A DNA stretch of 64,000 nt from Okamejei kenojei (Eukaryota). The notes under the pieces were generated by a model. It saw only the letters and a list, made by a program, of their open reading frames with translations, had not been told where the DNA came from and did no database searches. The stretch spans positions 47,244,001-47,308,000 of the forward strand of contig CM069141.1 of the NCBI GenBank assembly GCA_035221665.1, read 5' to 3'. How positions within the stretch are numbered: the stretch's first letter is position 1; the number at the start of each line of letters is the position of its first letter. Position numbers and translations under genes: made by a program. Of this stretch, positions 35,060-47,692 are shown piece by piece.

Positions 35060-36950
35060 GAGCGGTTTCATACAGTCAACAGCATCCAAACAGTTATTCC
35101 GGCTAAACTGGTCCATGACGCCGCAAATGCCTCCCTAAAGGATAATCCCATAAGTCGCGTTTGACCTATGTCCCACTGAAACTTTCCTATCCATACATGT
35201 ATCTAGTATCTTAGTGTATTTTAGATGTTATTAAAATACCTGTCTCAATTGTCTATTCTGGCAGGTCGATCTGTAAACCGATCACGCTCTGCGTAAAAAA
35301 ACAAATGTCCCTCAGAATCGTAATAAACCTTCACTTAAAATGCTGTGCAACTCAGCTGGTCAGGAAACGTGTCTTCAGAATATGGATAGGTGATGTATCA
35401 GGTCAGGATGCTTCCGAAACTTCACCTATCCATTTTATCCGGAGATTCTACCGGGTAAGCTGAGTTACTCCAGCATTGTATGACTAAATTTGGTATAAAA
35501 TAGCATCTGCGATTCTTTTTAATTACATTCCTAATTCAACATTCTCCTCTCAACGTAAGCTCATGTCCTTTGCTTCTTGATTGCCTTTCGCTGGGTAAAA
35601 GACCGTTGGCACTCACGCTATCTCTTCCCCTCATAATTGTATGCAACTCTATAAGATTAGCACTCAGCCTTCTGGGCTCCGAGTTTGCCCAACCTCTCCC
35701 TGGAACATAGGCACTCGAGCCCAGGCAGCAACCTCCTAGATGTTCTCTGCATTCATGTCAGGTGACTAAAATCCTTCGTATGTCATTTCAGGTGAATAAC
35801 ATCCTTCGTATTCAAAGCTGAACACAATACTCCAAATGTGTCCATCATCGACGTCTTATGCAACTCTAGCATAACGCTCCAAAGTTTCTACTGAATAGTA
35901 TAGGTGATGGAAGCCAATGTACCAAAAGCCTTCTAGAAACATAGAAACATAGAAAATAGGTGCAGGAATAGGCCATTCGGCCCTTCGAGCCTGCACCGCC
36001 ATTCAATATGATCATGGCTGATCATCCAACTCAGTATCCTGTACCTGCCTTCTCTCCATACCCCCTGACCCCCTTAGCCACAAGGGCCACATCTAACTCC
36101 CTCTTAAATATAGCCAATGAACTGGCCTCAACTACCTTCAGTGGCAGATAATTCCAGAGACTCACCACTGTATGAAAAATATTTTCCTCATCTCGGTCCT
36201 AAAGGAATTCCCCCTTATCCTTAGACTATGACTCCTTGTTCTGGACCTCCCCAACGTCGGGAACAATCTTCCTGCATCTACCCTCTCCAACCCCTTAAGA
36301 ATTTTATAAGTTTCTATAAGATCCCCCCTCAGTCTTCTAAATTCTAGCGAGTACAAGCCAAGTCTATCCAGTCTTTCCTCATTTGAAAGTCCTGACATCC
36401 CAGGAATCAGTCTGGTGAACATTCTCTGTATCCCTTCTATTACAAGAATGTATTTTCTCAGATTTGGAGACCAAAACTGTACGCAATACTCCAGGTGTGG
36501 TCTCACCAAAACCCTGTACAACTGCAGTAGAACCTCCCTGCTCCAGTGACCAACTTTACGGAACTATGTACCTGTCTTTGTAGATCCATCTGCTACATAA
36601 CACTTCCCAGGACAGCATCAGACATGATATCGATCGTGTCCTGCTCTGACTTCACAAAATGAAACATCTCGCACTTATTGGCATTAGATTTCATTTGCCA
36701 TACTGCAGCCCATTTTGCCCAGTTGATAAGGAACCTGCTGTAATTTTTGATAACTATCTTTACTATCTACTTTGCCACCTACTTCACTGTCATCTGCATA
36801 CGTAGTAATTATGCTTAAAAACAATATCCCACCACAAACCTTGCCTTCCTTTCATGAAGCCAATTCTCTATCCAGTCAGCATGATCTATTGGATCCGATG
36901 CGTTCTAATCTTCCAAACCAGCTTACCATACGGAACCATATCAAATATAT
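35060..36950 (-). mobile_element. Old CR1 remnant with a younger CR1 3' fragment nested at ~35935-36545
   Basis: Young part reads YRVLVRPHLEYCVQFWSP and has an agaaacatagaaacatag tail. The flanks are a degenerate CR1 paralogous to 53735-54870. Confidence 0.8.
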
Positions 36951-39299
36951 ATTTAAGTAAACATGTTCTTTGTGTTTATTTTTGTTTTCTGCAATGGTAC
37001 GGGTGATTTTTTGTGTATCGGTAACACAATGTACAGTAGAATTCGAACTGATAGTTGTTTACGTGGAATGCACGCAAACCAATAGTTTCTGACTTTCCAA
37101 CTCAAATGTTTGATATTGTGCCAACTATCCAACTAAATTTAGTACATGAATCTAGTTGTAGTACTTCAACGTTTAACATCACAAGACGAAGCATTCTGAG
37201 GATTCATATTCAGTTGAACAGTGAATTTGATGTTGTTTCGCAGTTCGTCCGAAATTGGTGAGATAAACCAGGAAAGTGGCAGCATAATGGTACCGTTTTT
37301 AACTGAGCTGTAACGAAATAAATAGGTATTAGGTTACCGGTCATTCTGTTCCTTGATATTTAGAATGCTTGTTATTACATGTTACATATAACATCAGAAC
37401 TCGAAAGAGGTCACTCGAAGCAGTACATTCTACGTTGTGTGAATGGTGTCCCAAATATCAACGGGCTGCATCTTAGGTTTTATCTCGCATTAGTGTATCA
37501 CCAAGGTAGACACTTCCTTAACTTTTAAAGCAGATCTTACACCCGTGACAAAATTCGTACAGATTAATTCGGTTACTTTGCATATGTCATTGTATTTGGA
37601 TTGGACTGCTGTTCTGATAGTTTTACAGCATTTCCTCTGCTTTACGCATGTAATCCACAAACGGAATAAAATAACTGCATTGGAATTTTGCTAGGAAAAT
37701 GAACGAAAGTCAACTGCAGCCTATTTTTTAATAATTTCCGACAGGAAAGTACTTTTGCGACGCGGAACCAGTCTTCTGCGCCATCTTCCTCTACTCTATA
37801 CTGCTACACGAACGCCCGCTTCATCGTCTTAACGGCAATGAATAACACTAGTTTTATTCAATGCTGAAATTTAAGAAGATATTAGTGGGACAACAGAAGC
37901 ACCAATTATCTGGACGCACCACGGGAACCCGGCACTGCACATTCAAGCACATAATGCGAGGTGAGTTAAAGGTATATTTCATCCAATCAGATAGATCAGA
38001 GGAAGTGACTAATCAGCACCAACTGTCGGAGTGTACAACATTATAGGATAATGTCTCTATTGGTGCGCCGTCAAGGCCTGAAAATTCAAGATATTTGGTA
38101 CTATTTTACGCTACTTTAAACATTTCCCGTATGATGCAAAATAACGTTGCATCATACAGGATTTAAATATTTTAAAGGAAATTGATTTTGATAGCCTAAA
38201 AAGTCTGAAGCCAACGCCATTTATATTTTCACTCTTCTGGGTGCAACTAGCGAAGTACCGTTTTCCCTTCACACCGTTATCGGATGCTGCTATCGTTCCA
38301 AAATGTTCGTGCGCCTGATTCGCTTCAAATGATGAATTATTTTATCCCATCGTACATCATATATACATACTTGTGAAATTCGTAATTATAAGTAGATCTT
38401 GACGCTAAACGCGCAATAATGAATTCCAATGCCTAATGTTGCGATGGAAATTGAATAATTGTGTCATGACTATCTTTTACTGTATTACACTGTTAAACAT
38501 TTGCGACAAGGGTCTTGTTTTCGAGGTCAGTTGTTACGTGAAAATGAATTGCTAATTTAAGAAATACAAAGGTTGTGTATTTGCACACGATTAAGTATTT
38601 CACGAGGGCGGTATAACTTTAATTGTTGTCGAAGTTGTTGTTGAATAGGCCAGTTAAGTCACTGTGTACCAGTGAGAATCGCACATATAACGTCCAAGTA
38701 AAAAGATCAACAACATGAAACCACGAATTTTACGCGTTTAGATGATATAGCCAGATAACAAGAAGACACCTAAAACATTCTATAATTATTATGCTTTGAA
38801 GAGCCTCGTGGACGTATTTACATTTCAAGGTTTTTTTAATGAAAATTTGTAATAACCACTTTTAATTTATACTTGCGTCTAACTTGAAGAGATATAAACG
38901 TTGGGAGTTTATACATTCAGAATAGTATTTATGTCCATTCCGTTGCTATTATTGTCGAATATCTACTTAGAATTATGTTGCTGGCATTCTGAATATGACC
39001 ATCATCAACATGAATTTGTTTGTTGTGTTTCAACAGGAGTATCACCTTCATTGGGAATTATTAATAAAATCAAAATGATTTATGCCTATGTATTTAGTCT
39101 GAATGTTGCTTGCAGGATGCTATATCGTTATCCCATATTACGTTGAAGATTGTTCGAGGGTAAAATATTTACCATGTCATCCTCTCAAGTTGATATCATT
39201 TGGTTCGAACGCATAATTCAGAAAATAGACTGAAATGGTAATTTAGAAAAGACTACGATTGATAGATGTACCCTGTTCAATGTTCACGAGCGCAGTCCC

Positions 39300-39455
39300 G
39301 CTTTAAGAACTCTAGATGCAGCTATTGAAAATTACTGACTATATCGCTGTTTACCAATCAGTACCTGAAACGAAGAGATGGAGCCATTGACCCTAGCACA
39401 TTTCAGAAAGAAAGACCAGAATCGACGAGAAACGCAAGCAGTACGCGTTTGGCTT
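39300..39455 (+). promoter_or_regulatory. Protocadherin promoter with CSE-like motif
   Basis: tatatcgctgtttaccaat at 39340-39358. Confidence 0.83.
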
Positions 39456-39598
39456 GAGGATTCAAGATGAGAAGGATAAACGTCGTGCCCTTAAGTTTTT
39501 AAAAAGTGGATACATTGTTGCAACTATTTGTTGGCAAGTCTTAATCAGCGATTTATTGGAACGGAAGTCCGGGTTTGGAAAATAATTAAATCCGGAAA

Positions 39599-41195
39599 AT
39601 GGCGAATCCAGCGATAGACAACGCCATTGCTTTCAGAAGGGTTGCTTTCATAATTCTCAGGTGTATAACGGGGTTGTTACTCGGGCGTATTCGGTATTCT
39701 ATTCCCGTGGAAATGAACATAGGATCGTTTGTTGGGAATATCGCGGAACTTTCGAGACTGAATGTACCGCAATTGACGGCTCGCAAATTTCGTCTAACCT
39801 CTGATGAAGGCGGACAGTATCTGAAGATTAGTGTGGAGAATGGGGTTTTGACTGTTCGTGAAAAAAAAATCGATAATGAACATCTTTGTGGAGAAGCAAC
39901 TGCATGGAATATACCTTTTGAACTCATTTTGGAAAACCCTTTGATGGTGTATCGCGGGGTAGTGGTAATTCTAGACATAAATGACAATTCCTCAATGTTC
40001 CGGGGCTTCAGCTTTGTCTTACAAATGGCCGAAGCGATTTCACCTGGTGTACGCTTTCCTCTCGAGAACGCGGATGACCGCGATATTGGAATAATTACTG
40101 TCGCAGCTTACACAATCAGCTTCACTGAATATGTTACCCTGACAGTGCAGAACACTTAGCATGGTGTTGTTAATGTCGAGCTACAATTATAGAAACCATT
40201 GGACAGAGAGCGGCAAACAGCCATTCAGCATGTCCTGAACTCCCTCGAGATCCGGCACAACTCAAATTCTCATTACTGTAGTGGATGTAAAGGACAATCT
40301 ACATGTATTCTCTGAGACCATTTATAAGGGCAGGTTCTGAGAAAACCACACAAGGTACCTTGGTGCTGAAAGTCAAAGCAAGTGACTTGGACGAAGGCTT
40401 GAATGCCGAGCAAACATTTTCTTTCAGCAGCTTCGTTCCACCAATGGTTCTCAAATTGTTCCGTTTGGACGGTAACACCGGAGAGATCCGTGTTGATGCA
40501 TGGATAGATTACGAAAAAACATACAGTTATCCTCTGAACGTTCAGGCTGTGGACCACGGATCACCAACAAAGGTAGGACGATGTACAGTGATGATCACAA
40601 GGTCATTGATGAAAAGGAAAATGCACCCCGCATCAAATTGACTTCGGTTATGCCCGCGGTTCCCTAAAATACTCCACAGGGATCTTTGTAAATTGAATCA
40701 ATAGTATTGATCGCGATTCTGCAGAAAACGGACAGTTTCAATGTGACTTTCCGAAAAATACACCCGTTAGTCTTCGAACATCATCGAAAAATCATTCTGA
40801 GTTGATTACCAATGAGCCACTGGACCGTGAAGCTTTCGCTCAGTATGAAATAAATGCTTGGGATTTTGGGTCGATATCGCTGTCCAGAAATGAAACCACC
40901 ATGATTACAATATCTGATGTAAACGATAACACCCCGCAGTTGGCTGAATTATTTTACAACAGTGATGGAGAATACCGCTCTGTGTGCCTCTATTTTCGCA
41001 GTAACAGCAACGGCTCCTGAATTGAACCAGAATTCCTATGTTTCATGCTCTTTTCTGGAGGGACTTATCCGGGACTTGCCAGTGTCCAGTTACCTCAGCA
41101 TAAAGTCAATGAACGGCACAGTTTAAGCGCTGCATACCTTTGACTATGAGAAACTCTAAAAATTCCCGATCCATGTACAAGCTCGTGATGCCGGG
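39599..41195 (+). pseudogene. Protocadherin pseudogene EC1-EC5 (5' piece)
   Basis: MANPAIDNAI...RIRYSIPVE, TAG at 40157-40159, multiple frameshifts. Interrupted at cgt gat gcc ggg (RDAG). Confidence 0.93.
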
Positions 41196-41459
41196 TGTTG
41201 CACGAGCATTTTCGTGAATAGTCAGTAACGCATACCGCTGTGGCCATAGCGCTATGTTTAAAGTCGATAGCGCTATGGTTAAAACCCACAGCGCTGTGGC
41301 TGGTAGCGCTATGTTTAAAACCCACAGCGCTGTGGTAGGTAGCGCTATATTTACACCACATAACGCCACATCCATTAGCGCTTTATTTAGAGCCCAGAGC
41401 GCTGCAGCCGACAGCTCTTTGTTTACATTTCCATATACGGACAACGCTCTGTTTAACCC

Positions 41460-41758
41460 TTTACGGCAGCGCAGAGAAAGGCGGCAGAAGCGCGGCTGTC
41501 GAGGCTAAGGCTAAATAAATGCCCACACAGACCGGCACTACCCAGCATCTTCCTGACGAACGCCCGATCGCTCAGCAACAAGATGGACGAGCTGGAGCTG
41601 ATCAACGAGAAACACACAGCTGTGCAAACCTGATCGATTATGGTGATAACCGAGACTTGGCATCACGCTGGGATCCCGGACGAGGCCATCAGTCTGGCAG
41701 GCCGCACAGCGCACCGAGCCGACAGGAGCAGTAACTCTGGTAAGAGCAGAGGGGGGGT

Positions 41759-41796
<38 letters not shown>

Positions 41797-43998
41797 TATG
41801 CCAAAATGATGCACAAATGCAGTTGTCGTTGAGAGACACTGTTCAACAGACTTGCAGTTTATAACACTGAAATGCCGACCCTTCTATCTGCGCGGGTGTT
41901 CACAGCTGTTGTTACTATGGTTGTTTATAGTCCACCAAGCGAAGGCCTTAAGCTAGCACTGAACACCCTGCTAACAACCATCAACAAACTACAGACTGCA
42001 CACCCTGGTGGGATTTTCATCGTGGCTGGAGATTCAATCAGGGAAATCTAAAAGCTGTTCTCCCTAAATTCCACCAGCATGTCACATGTCCGACGAGAGG
42101 TCAAAATACATTGGATCATGTATACAGCAACATCAAGGATGGATGCAAAGCCTCCCCCTCCCTCACCTCGGCCAGTCTGACCACCAATCCATCTTTTTCA
42201 CCCCAGCATACAGACCTCTCATCGTGAAAACTAAGCCCGATTTGAGGTGAGTAAGGCAGAGCCTGCGCCTGCAGCCGCATCCAGCACTGACAACCTGGTA
42301 CTCGCTGTGAGCACAGAGGATGTCAGAAGAGTACTCCGGAGTGTCAACCCCAGGAAAGCTGCTGCCCCAGATGGCATCCCAGGGAGAGTACTGCTGTGCA
42401 GACCAGTTGGCGGAAGTATTTAGCGACATCTTTAACCTTTCTCTCTCAACATGCACTGTCCCTAAATGCTTCAAGGCTGCCACCATTGTGCCTGTTCCCA
42501 AAAAAAATCTATCACCAGCTTGAACGACTACAGACCTGTTACTCTCACTTCAACTGTGATGAAGTGCTTTGAGAAACTGGTCCTGGCCCACATTAAATCC
42601 TCACTCCACCCACCCTGGATCAACATCAGTTTACATACAGAGCCAACAGGTCAACAGAAGACACCATCAACATGGCTCTACATTCTGCACTGACTCATCT
42701 GGAGCACCCCAGCTCATATGTGAAGATGTTGTTTGTAGATTTCAGTTCTGCATTCAACACCATCATCCCCAGCAGAATGGTGGACAAACTGTTTGACCTG
42801 GGTGTAAATGGCAACACATGCAGATGGATCAAGGACTTCTTAACATGCCACCCACAGACTGTCAGGATGGGGTCCAATCATTCCCCAGTCCTGATGTCGC
42901 TAAATACCTCCGCCAGCTGGTCTGCACAGTCCAGCAGTACTCATTCCCTAGTCCTGACGCTCAGCACAGGAGCGCCACAAGGCTGTATGCTGAGTCCTAT
43001 TCTCTACACAATATACACTCATGACTGCACACCGACACACAGCACAGACCGGATCATTACGTTTGCAGATGACACGACTGTGCTAGGGCTGATAAATTAC
43101 AATGACGAGTCTGCCTACAGAGATGAAGTCCAAAAACTGACTGTCTGGTGCACTAAAAATAGCCTGGTACTCGACCTAACCAAAACAAAATAACTGGTTA
43201 TTGACTTCAGGAGGAGGAGAGAGGAACTTGCTCCTCTTTACATCAAAGGAGACATGGTGAAGAGAGTCACTGACTTTAACCTCCTGGGCACATACATCTC
43301 CCAAGACCTCACATGGACAGTGTACACCATCACTCTCGTAAAGAAGTCACAGCAGCGGCTATATTTCCTGAGGATTCTGTGGAGAGCAAACGTCTCACAG
43401 CAGCTGCTGCTGTCCTTCTACCAGTGCACCGTGGAAAGCATCCTCTCCTATGGCATGCAGGTGTGGTTTGCTAGCTGCACTGTGGCTGGAAGGAAGGCAC
43501 TACAGAGAGTTATTAAAACAGCACAGAGCATCACAAACGCTCAACTACCCTCCCTGGCAGACATTTACAAGGCCCGATGTTTACGTCGGGCCACAAACAT
43601 CACACAAGACTCATCCCACCCTGCCAACCACCTTTTCACCCACACTTGCAGACTAACTAACAGTTTCTACCCTCGTGCCATTAAAGAACTTAACTCAAAC
43701 AGATAACACCACGGGCAAAACAACACAATTCGGGGTGCGTTATATAAAAAATTGTCTGCTGGAGTGTGCAATATAATGTGCATCACTTTTATTATATATT
43801 GCTTATTTTATGCATTGATCTTGCGGTAAATGTAAATGTGAGAGTAAATGGTTGATTGTGTAATTGTGTTTTTGTTTTTTTTAAATCTTTTTATCTTGTG
43901 TATTTTATTGTATACCACTGAAGGAGATGCACATGAAATTTTGTTGTACAGTTGCTGTGCAATGACAATAAAACGTATTTGATTTGATTTGATTTGAT
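41460..43998 (+). mobile_element. Rex1/Babar LINE (APE + RT, internally deleted)
   Basis: PALPSIFLTNARSLSNKMDEL, LFVDFSSAFNTIIP, GAPQGCMLSP, FADDTTVLGLI, and an aatgacaataaa + (ttgat)n tail. Confidence 0.93.
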
Positions 43999-44136
43999 AG
44001 TGCCAAACAGGCAGCGCTGTATTACCTTTACGCACCAAGTCTGCAGCGCTGTGTGCATTATAATGCGCGCCATCTGTGCTGCTGTGCATTGCCTTACACG
44101 CCAGTCTGCGGCTGATAGCGCTTTTTTCCCGGGGGG

Positions 44137-46070
44137 GGTGGATTTACATTACTCACACACAGTGATTAGGATCCAGACTTTTATTAGCAATTCAGCATAG
44201 GTTACTTCATCTTAATACAGCTCAAAACTGAGAGAAAGGGAAAAAACCTTTCTATTAAACCTGTGGGCGGAGCCACTGTATGATATAACATGAGTGACAC
44301 TGATCTACATCCTCCCTCTTAAAGAACTAAATGTAAATACAAAACTATTGACTAAATAAGGCATGCATAGTGAATGATAAAAGCTGAAGGAAAGTCAAAC
44401 TTAGCGGACAAAGGACTGGACAAGCTAGATGCAGGAAAAATGTTCCCAATGTTGGGCGAGTCCAGAACCAGAACCACAGTTTTAGAATAAAGGGGAGGTA
44501 ATTTAAGACTGAGGTGAGAGAAAACGTTTTCACTCATAGAGTTGTGAATTTGTAGAATTATCTGCCACAGAAGGCAGCGAAGGCCAAATCACTGGATGGA
44601 TTTAAGAGAGAGTTAAATAGAGCTCAAGGGGCTAGTGGAATCAAGAGATATGGGGAGAAGACAGGCACGGGTTATTAAAGTTACAAGTTGTAGTCAGATA
44701 ACAAACAGAAGCACTGATAGTGACCAGTCCCTGGTCGTGACTAGTCTCTGGTTTTCGTATTATCTTCAATTCAGATAAAGACATCATGTTACCCCGAGCA
44801 TCTGTGTCGATTTTCAGAAAATAATTCTTGCCATTAACGAGCAAAGCGACCTTGGGATCTTGAAGTTTTGAGGCAAGTCAGAGAGGGAATGTGCATCCAT
44901 ATCAAGATCCTCGTTAGCAGACAGCAAGTCCCTGGGAGCCGTTTGAGCACTCAGAGTCCATGTTCCCATGGTCGAGTGAATTGACAGATTGTCTTGTTTG
45001 AAAGCTGTTGCTACACGAGCGGCAGTATCGGAAAAATGGTTGCATTTTTTACAGAAGTGACAAAGCTTTCCATAAGCTGGGCAATGGTCATGGACAGAAA
45101 CATGCGAACCCCCACAATAACACATTTGTTTTTTAGTTTAATGGCAGACCTGTTGGGCACTTGAGGAAATTGGCGAGAAGCTTGGCAAAGTGCGCCAACA
45201 ACTTAAACATCGTGGGCTGTGTGGGGGCCATGTCTCAAGATTTTAGCATCAGCTATTTTAGCAATGCGACAGCTGTTTTCAGCAGTCACCAGAGTAAGTT
45301 CGGTATCGCGTATCAGCTCATCGCGTAATTTATCATTCAGTATACCATAGACGAGATGATCACGAACTAAACTGTCACATAAATCACCAAAGGCACATCT
45401 ACTGGCAATGTATTTCAAAGCACTGACGTATGTTTCAACAGACTTGCCATTCCTTTGGCTTCACGAAATATATATATATGTCTCTCCATTACTAGATTAG
45501 TAGGTAACTGACATAACTGTCAGAATTTGTTTAGCAGGCAGTCGGGGTCCCGGATGGACTGAGCGGTAGCAATCTGGATACCAGCCAGATCAAATCTAAC
45601 TGGTTGATAATGAAATCTTCTGGCACGTTGAGCAGCTTCTGTGCCCGCTAGGTTGAGGAGAATAGAGGCACGAACATTTGGAGCAGCAACCGGGTGAGCC
45701 GCATGTATATAAATGGTGAAATCTTCTTTAAATATGCGCCACCATTTGGCAAGGTCTTCATCAAACACAAAATATTCTGGTTTTCTGAGAAAAGAGGACA
45801 TGGTAAAACATGTACTGGGCAAAAAAAAAAAAACTAAAATAAATGCAATATAATTAGGCAAGGAGTGAGTCCGACTTCTCTGACACCATGTTGGATTGAC
45901 ATAACTCACACACAGTGAATAGGATCCAAAGACCTTTGTTAGCAATTCGGCACAGGTAATGTCATCTTAACATACAGTTCAAGACTGAGAGAGAAAGGGA
46001 AAAAGGCTTTATATTAAACCTGTGGGCAGAGCCACAGTATGACTCATAACATGAGTGACACGGACCTCCA
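44137..46070 (-). mobile_element. Gypsy LTR retrotransposon, pol-deleted
   Basis: ~175-bp LTRs at ~44137-44309 and 45889-46070. On the minus strand: PBS tggtgtcag and PPT aagagggagga, gag with CCHC-like knuckles (CYCGGSH...HCPAYGKLCHFCKKCNHF) and a protease remnant LKIDTDA. A CR1 fragment lies inside at ~44415-44675. Confidence 0.9.
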
Positions 46071-46314
46071 AGTGGGAGGGGGAGGGGGGGGGGGGGTTGC
46101 TGTGATGCAGTCCCCTGCCATTTGTTATAGTTTGAATTTGGGAGCAGCACTATTGGCCAGGATTTACCGGCGGTTATTTCAACACCTGATTTCTTACCCG
46201 TATAAAGGCAGGCGCAAGTAAGCCAGAAGTTAGTTCAAGTTCATGTACGAGAGGGGTTCACCGCCAGGCTGAGTCGCGATCAGCGCTGCGGATGGAGGCC
46301 GAGAGAGAGAGAGC

Positions 46315-46358
<44 letters not shown>

Positions 46359-46475
46359 AAAGAGACGTGCGCTGCTGTAAAACGGACCCCGCGCCCACCA
46401 AGACAAGTATTATTTTTGTTCTCTCTCTTGCCAATAAATCTGATGTGTTAATGTACGAGAGGGGCTCCCCGACAG

Positions 46476-46672
46476 TCGGAGGCTCGAGGATCGCTTGAAG
46501 CCATGAGTTCTGGGCTGCTGCGGGCTGTGCCAATCGGGTGTCCTCACCAAGCTGTTCATGGATATGGTGTCTCCGGAGGAATCCGCAATCACCAGGTTGT
46601 GTGAAGCGGGGTGAACCGGCCCAGGTCGGATACGGAGCAGGTCAAAGCCCCCATGTGCCCATCAGTAATCGG
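46476..46672 (+). ncRNA. RN7SL: 7SL (SRP) RNA-derived fragment, truncated at both ends; likely a non-functional copy
   Basis: gaggatcgcttgaagccatgagttctgggctg...atcgggtgtcc...atatggtg...caccaggttg...ggggtgaaccggcccaggtcggatacggagcaggtcaaa...atcagta is colinear with the vertebrate 7SL S domain as I recall it. Confidence 0.93.
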
Positions 46673-46726
46673 CAGGATCTGACGAATAGAATAGAAAATA
46701 TTTGGTTAAAAGTAACAGCAAACAAG

Positions 46727-47139
46727 ATGGCGCTGTTCCAGGCCAAGCACCCCCGCAACAAGCTGCAGCCGTTCGGCGCTTTGGCATCAACAGACAACAC
46801 ATCAGCAGTGTGGAACAGTGAAACTGGTGAAAGAATCAAGCGTCTTAAAGTCACACATCCTTTGTGAGTACATATTATCCAACCCAACGGGGACAACAGT
46901 CGGTCTGTACAGGAAGCAACGACGAAACATTGAAGTTAGGGGACATTCGGAAGAAGGCTGTAATCCATAACTTTCAAAACACGCACCAAGTACTGGCAGC
47001 GCCATTTAATGACACAAACGATCAAATTATCTCTGGTGGTATTGATGACGGCATTAAGGATTGGGACCTCAGACAAAACAAGTTAATTTCTACCATGCGT
47101 GGTCATATAGACTCGGTGACTGGTTTGACCCTGAGTGGG
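46727..47139 (+). pseudogene. SNRNP40: Intronless fragment of U5 snRNP 40 kDa WD40 protein
   Basis: ASTDNTSAVWNSETGERIKRLK/HTSFVSTYYPTQRGQQSVCTGSNDETLKLGDIRKKAVIHNFQNTHQVLAAPFNDTNDQIISGGIDDGIKDWDLRQNKLISTMRGHIDSVTGLTLS matches SNRNP40 (ASTDKTVAVWDSETGERVKRLKGHTSFVN...IISGGIDNDIKVWDLRQNKL...RGHADSVTGLSLS). One-base frameshift near 46850. Confidence 0.92.
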
Positions 47140-47283
47140 GTTAAAGGGAGCATCACCAACCTCGCTGACCATTAGTACATACCATTACGACTATGTATGT
47201 GCGGACTGGCATCACGATCGCGTGGAGTTTATTACAACCTTTGGGCTGGATGTGACGGTAACAAGACTGATCGTGGGGTGGAA

Positions 47284-47638
47284 TGTTATGCGAGAATTTT
47301 CCTGAACAGTCTGTGGCCCATAGCGCTGTGGCAACAACGCTATTTTATAGCCCAGAGCGCTATGTTTAAAGCCCACGGCGCCGTGGCTGGTAGCGCTATA
47401 TTTAAACCCCATAGAGCTGCAGCCACTAGCGCTATATTTAGAGCCCATAGCGCTACAGCCGACAGCTCTGTTTAAATTCCCATGCGTTAAGCCGACAGCG
47501 GTCTACGCGCCACACCGGCAGCGCTGTGAGTATTACCTTTACGCGCCAAGTTTGTAACACTGTATGTATTGTAATGCGCGCCAAGTCTGTTGCGCTGTGT
47601 ATTGCTGGGATGCAGTCCCCTGTCATTGGTTACAGTTT

Positions 47639-47692
<54 letters not shown>

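Noticed and set aside
41230-41420. Spaced repeats superficially like a CRISPR array
   Set aside because: Eukaryotic context, no unique spacers; these are LTR tandem subrepeats.
46476-46672. Functional 7SL gene or Alu-like contamination
   Set aside because: Both ends and the terminator are missing, and it retains the S domain that Alu lacks. It is embedded colinearly in host repeats.
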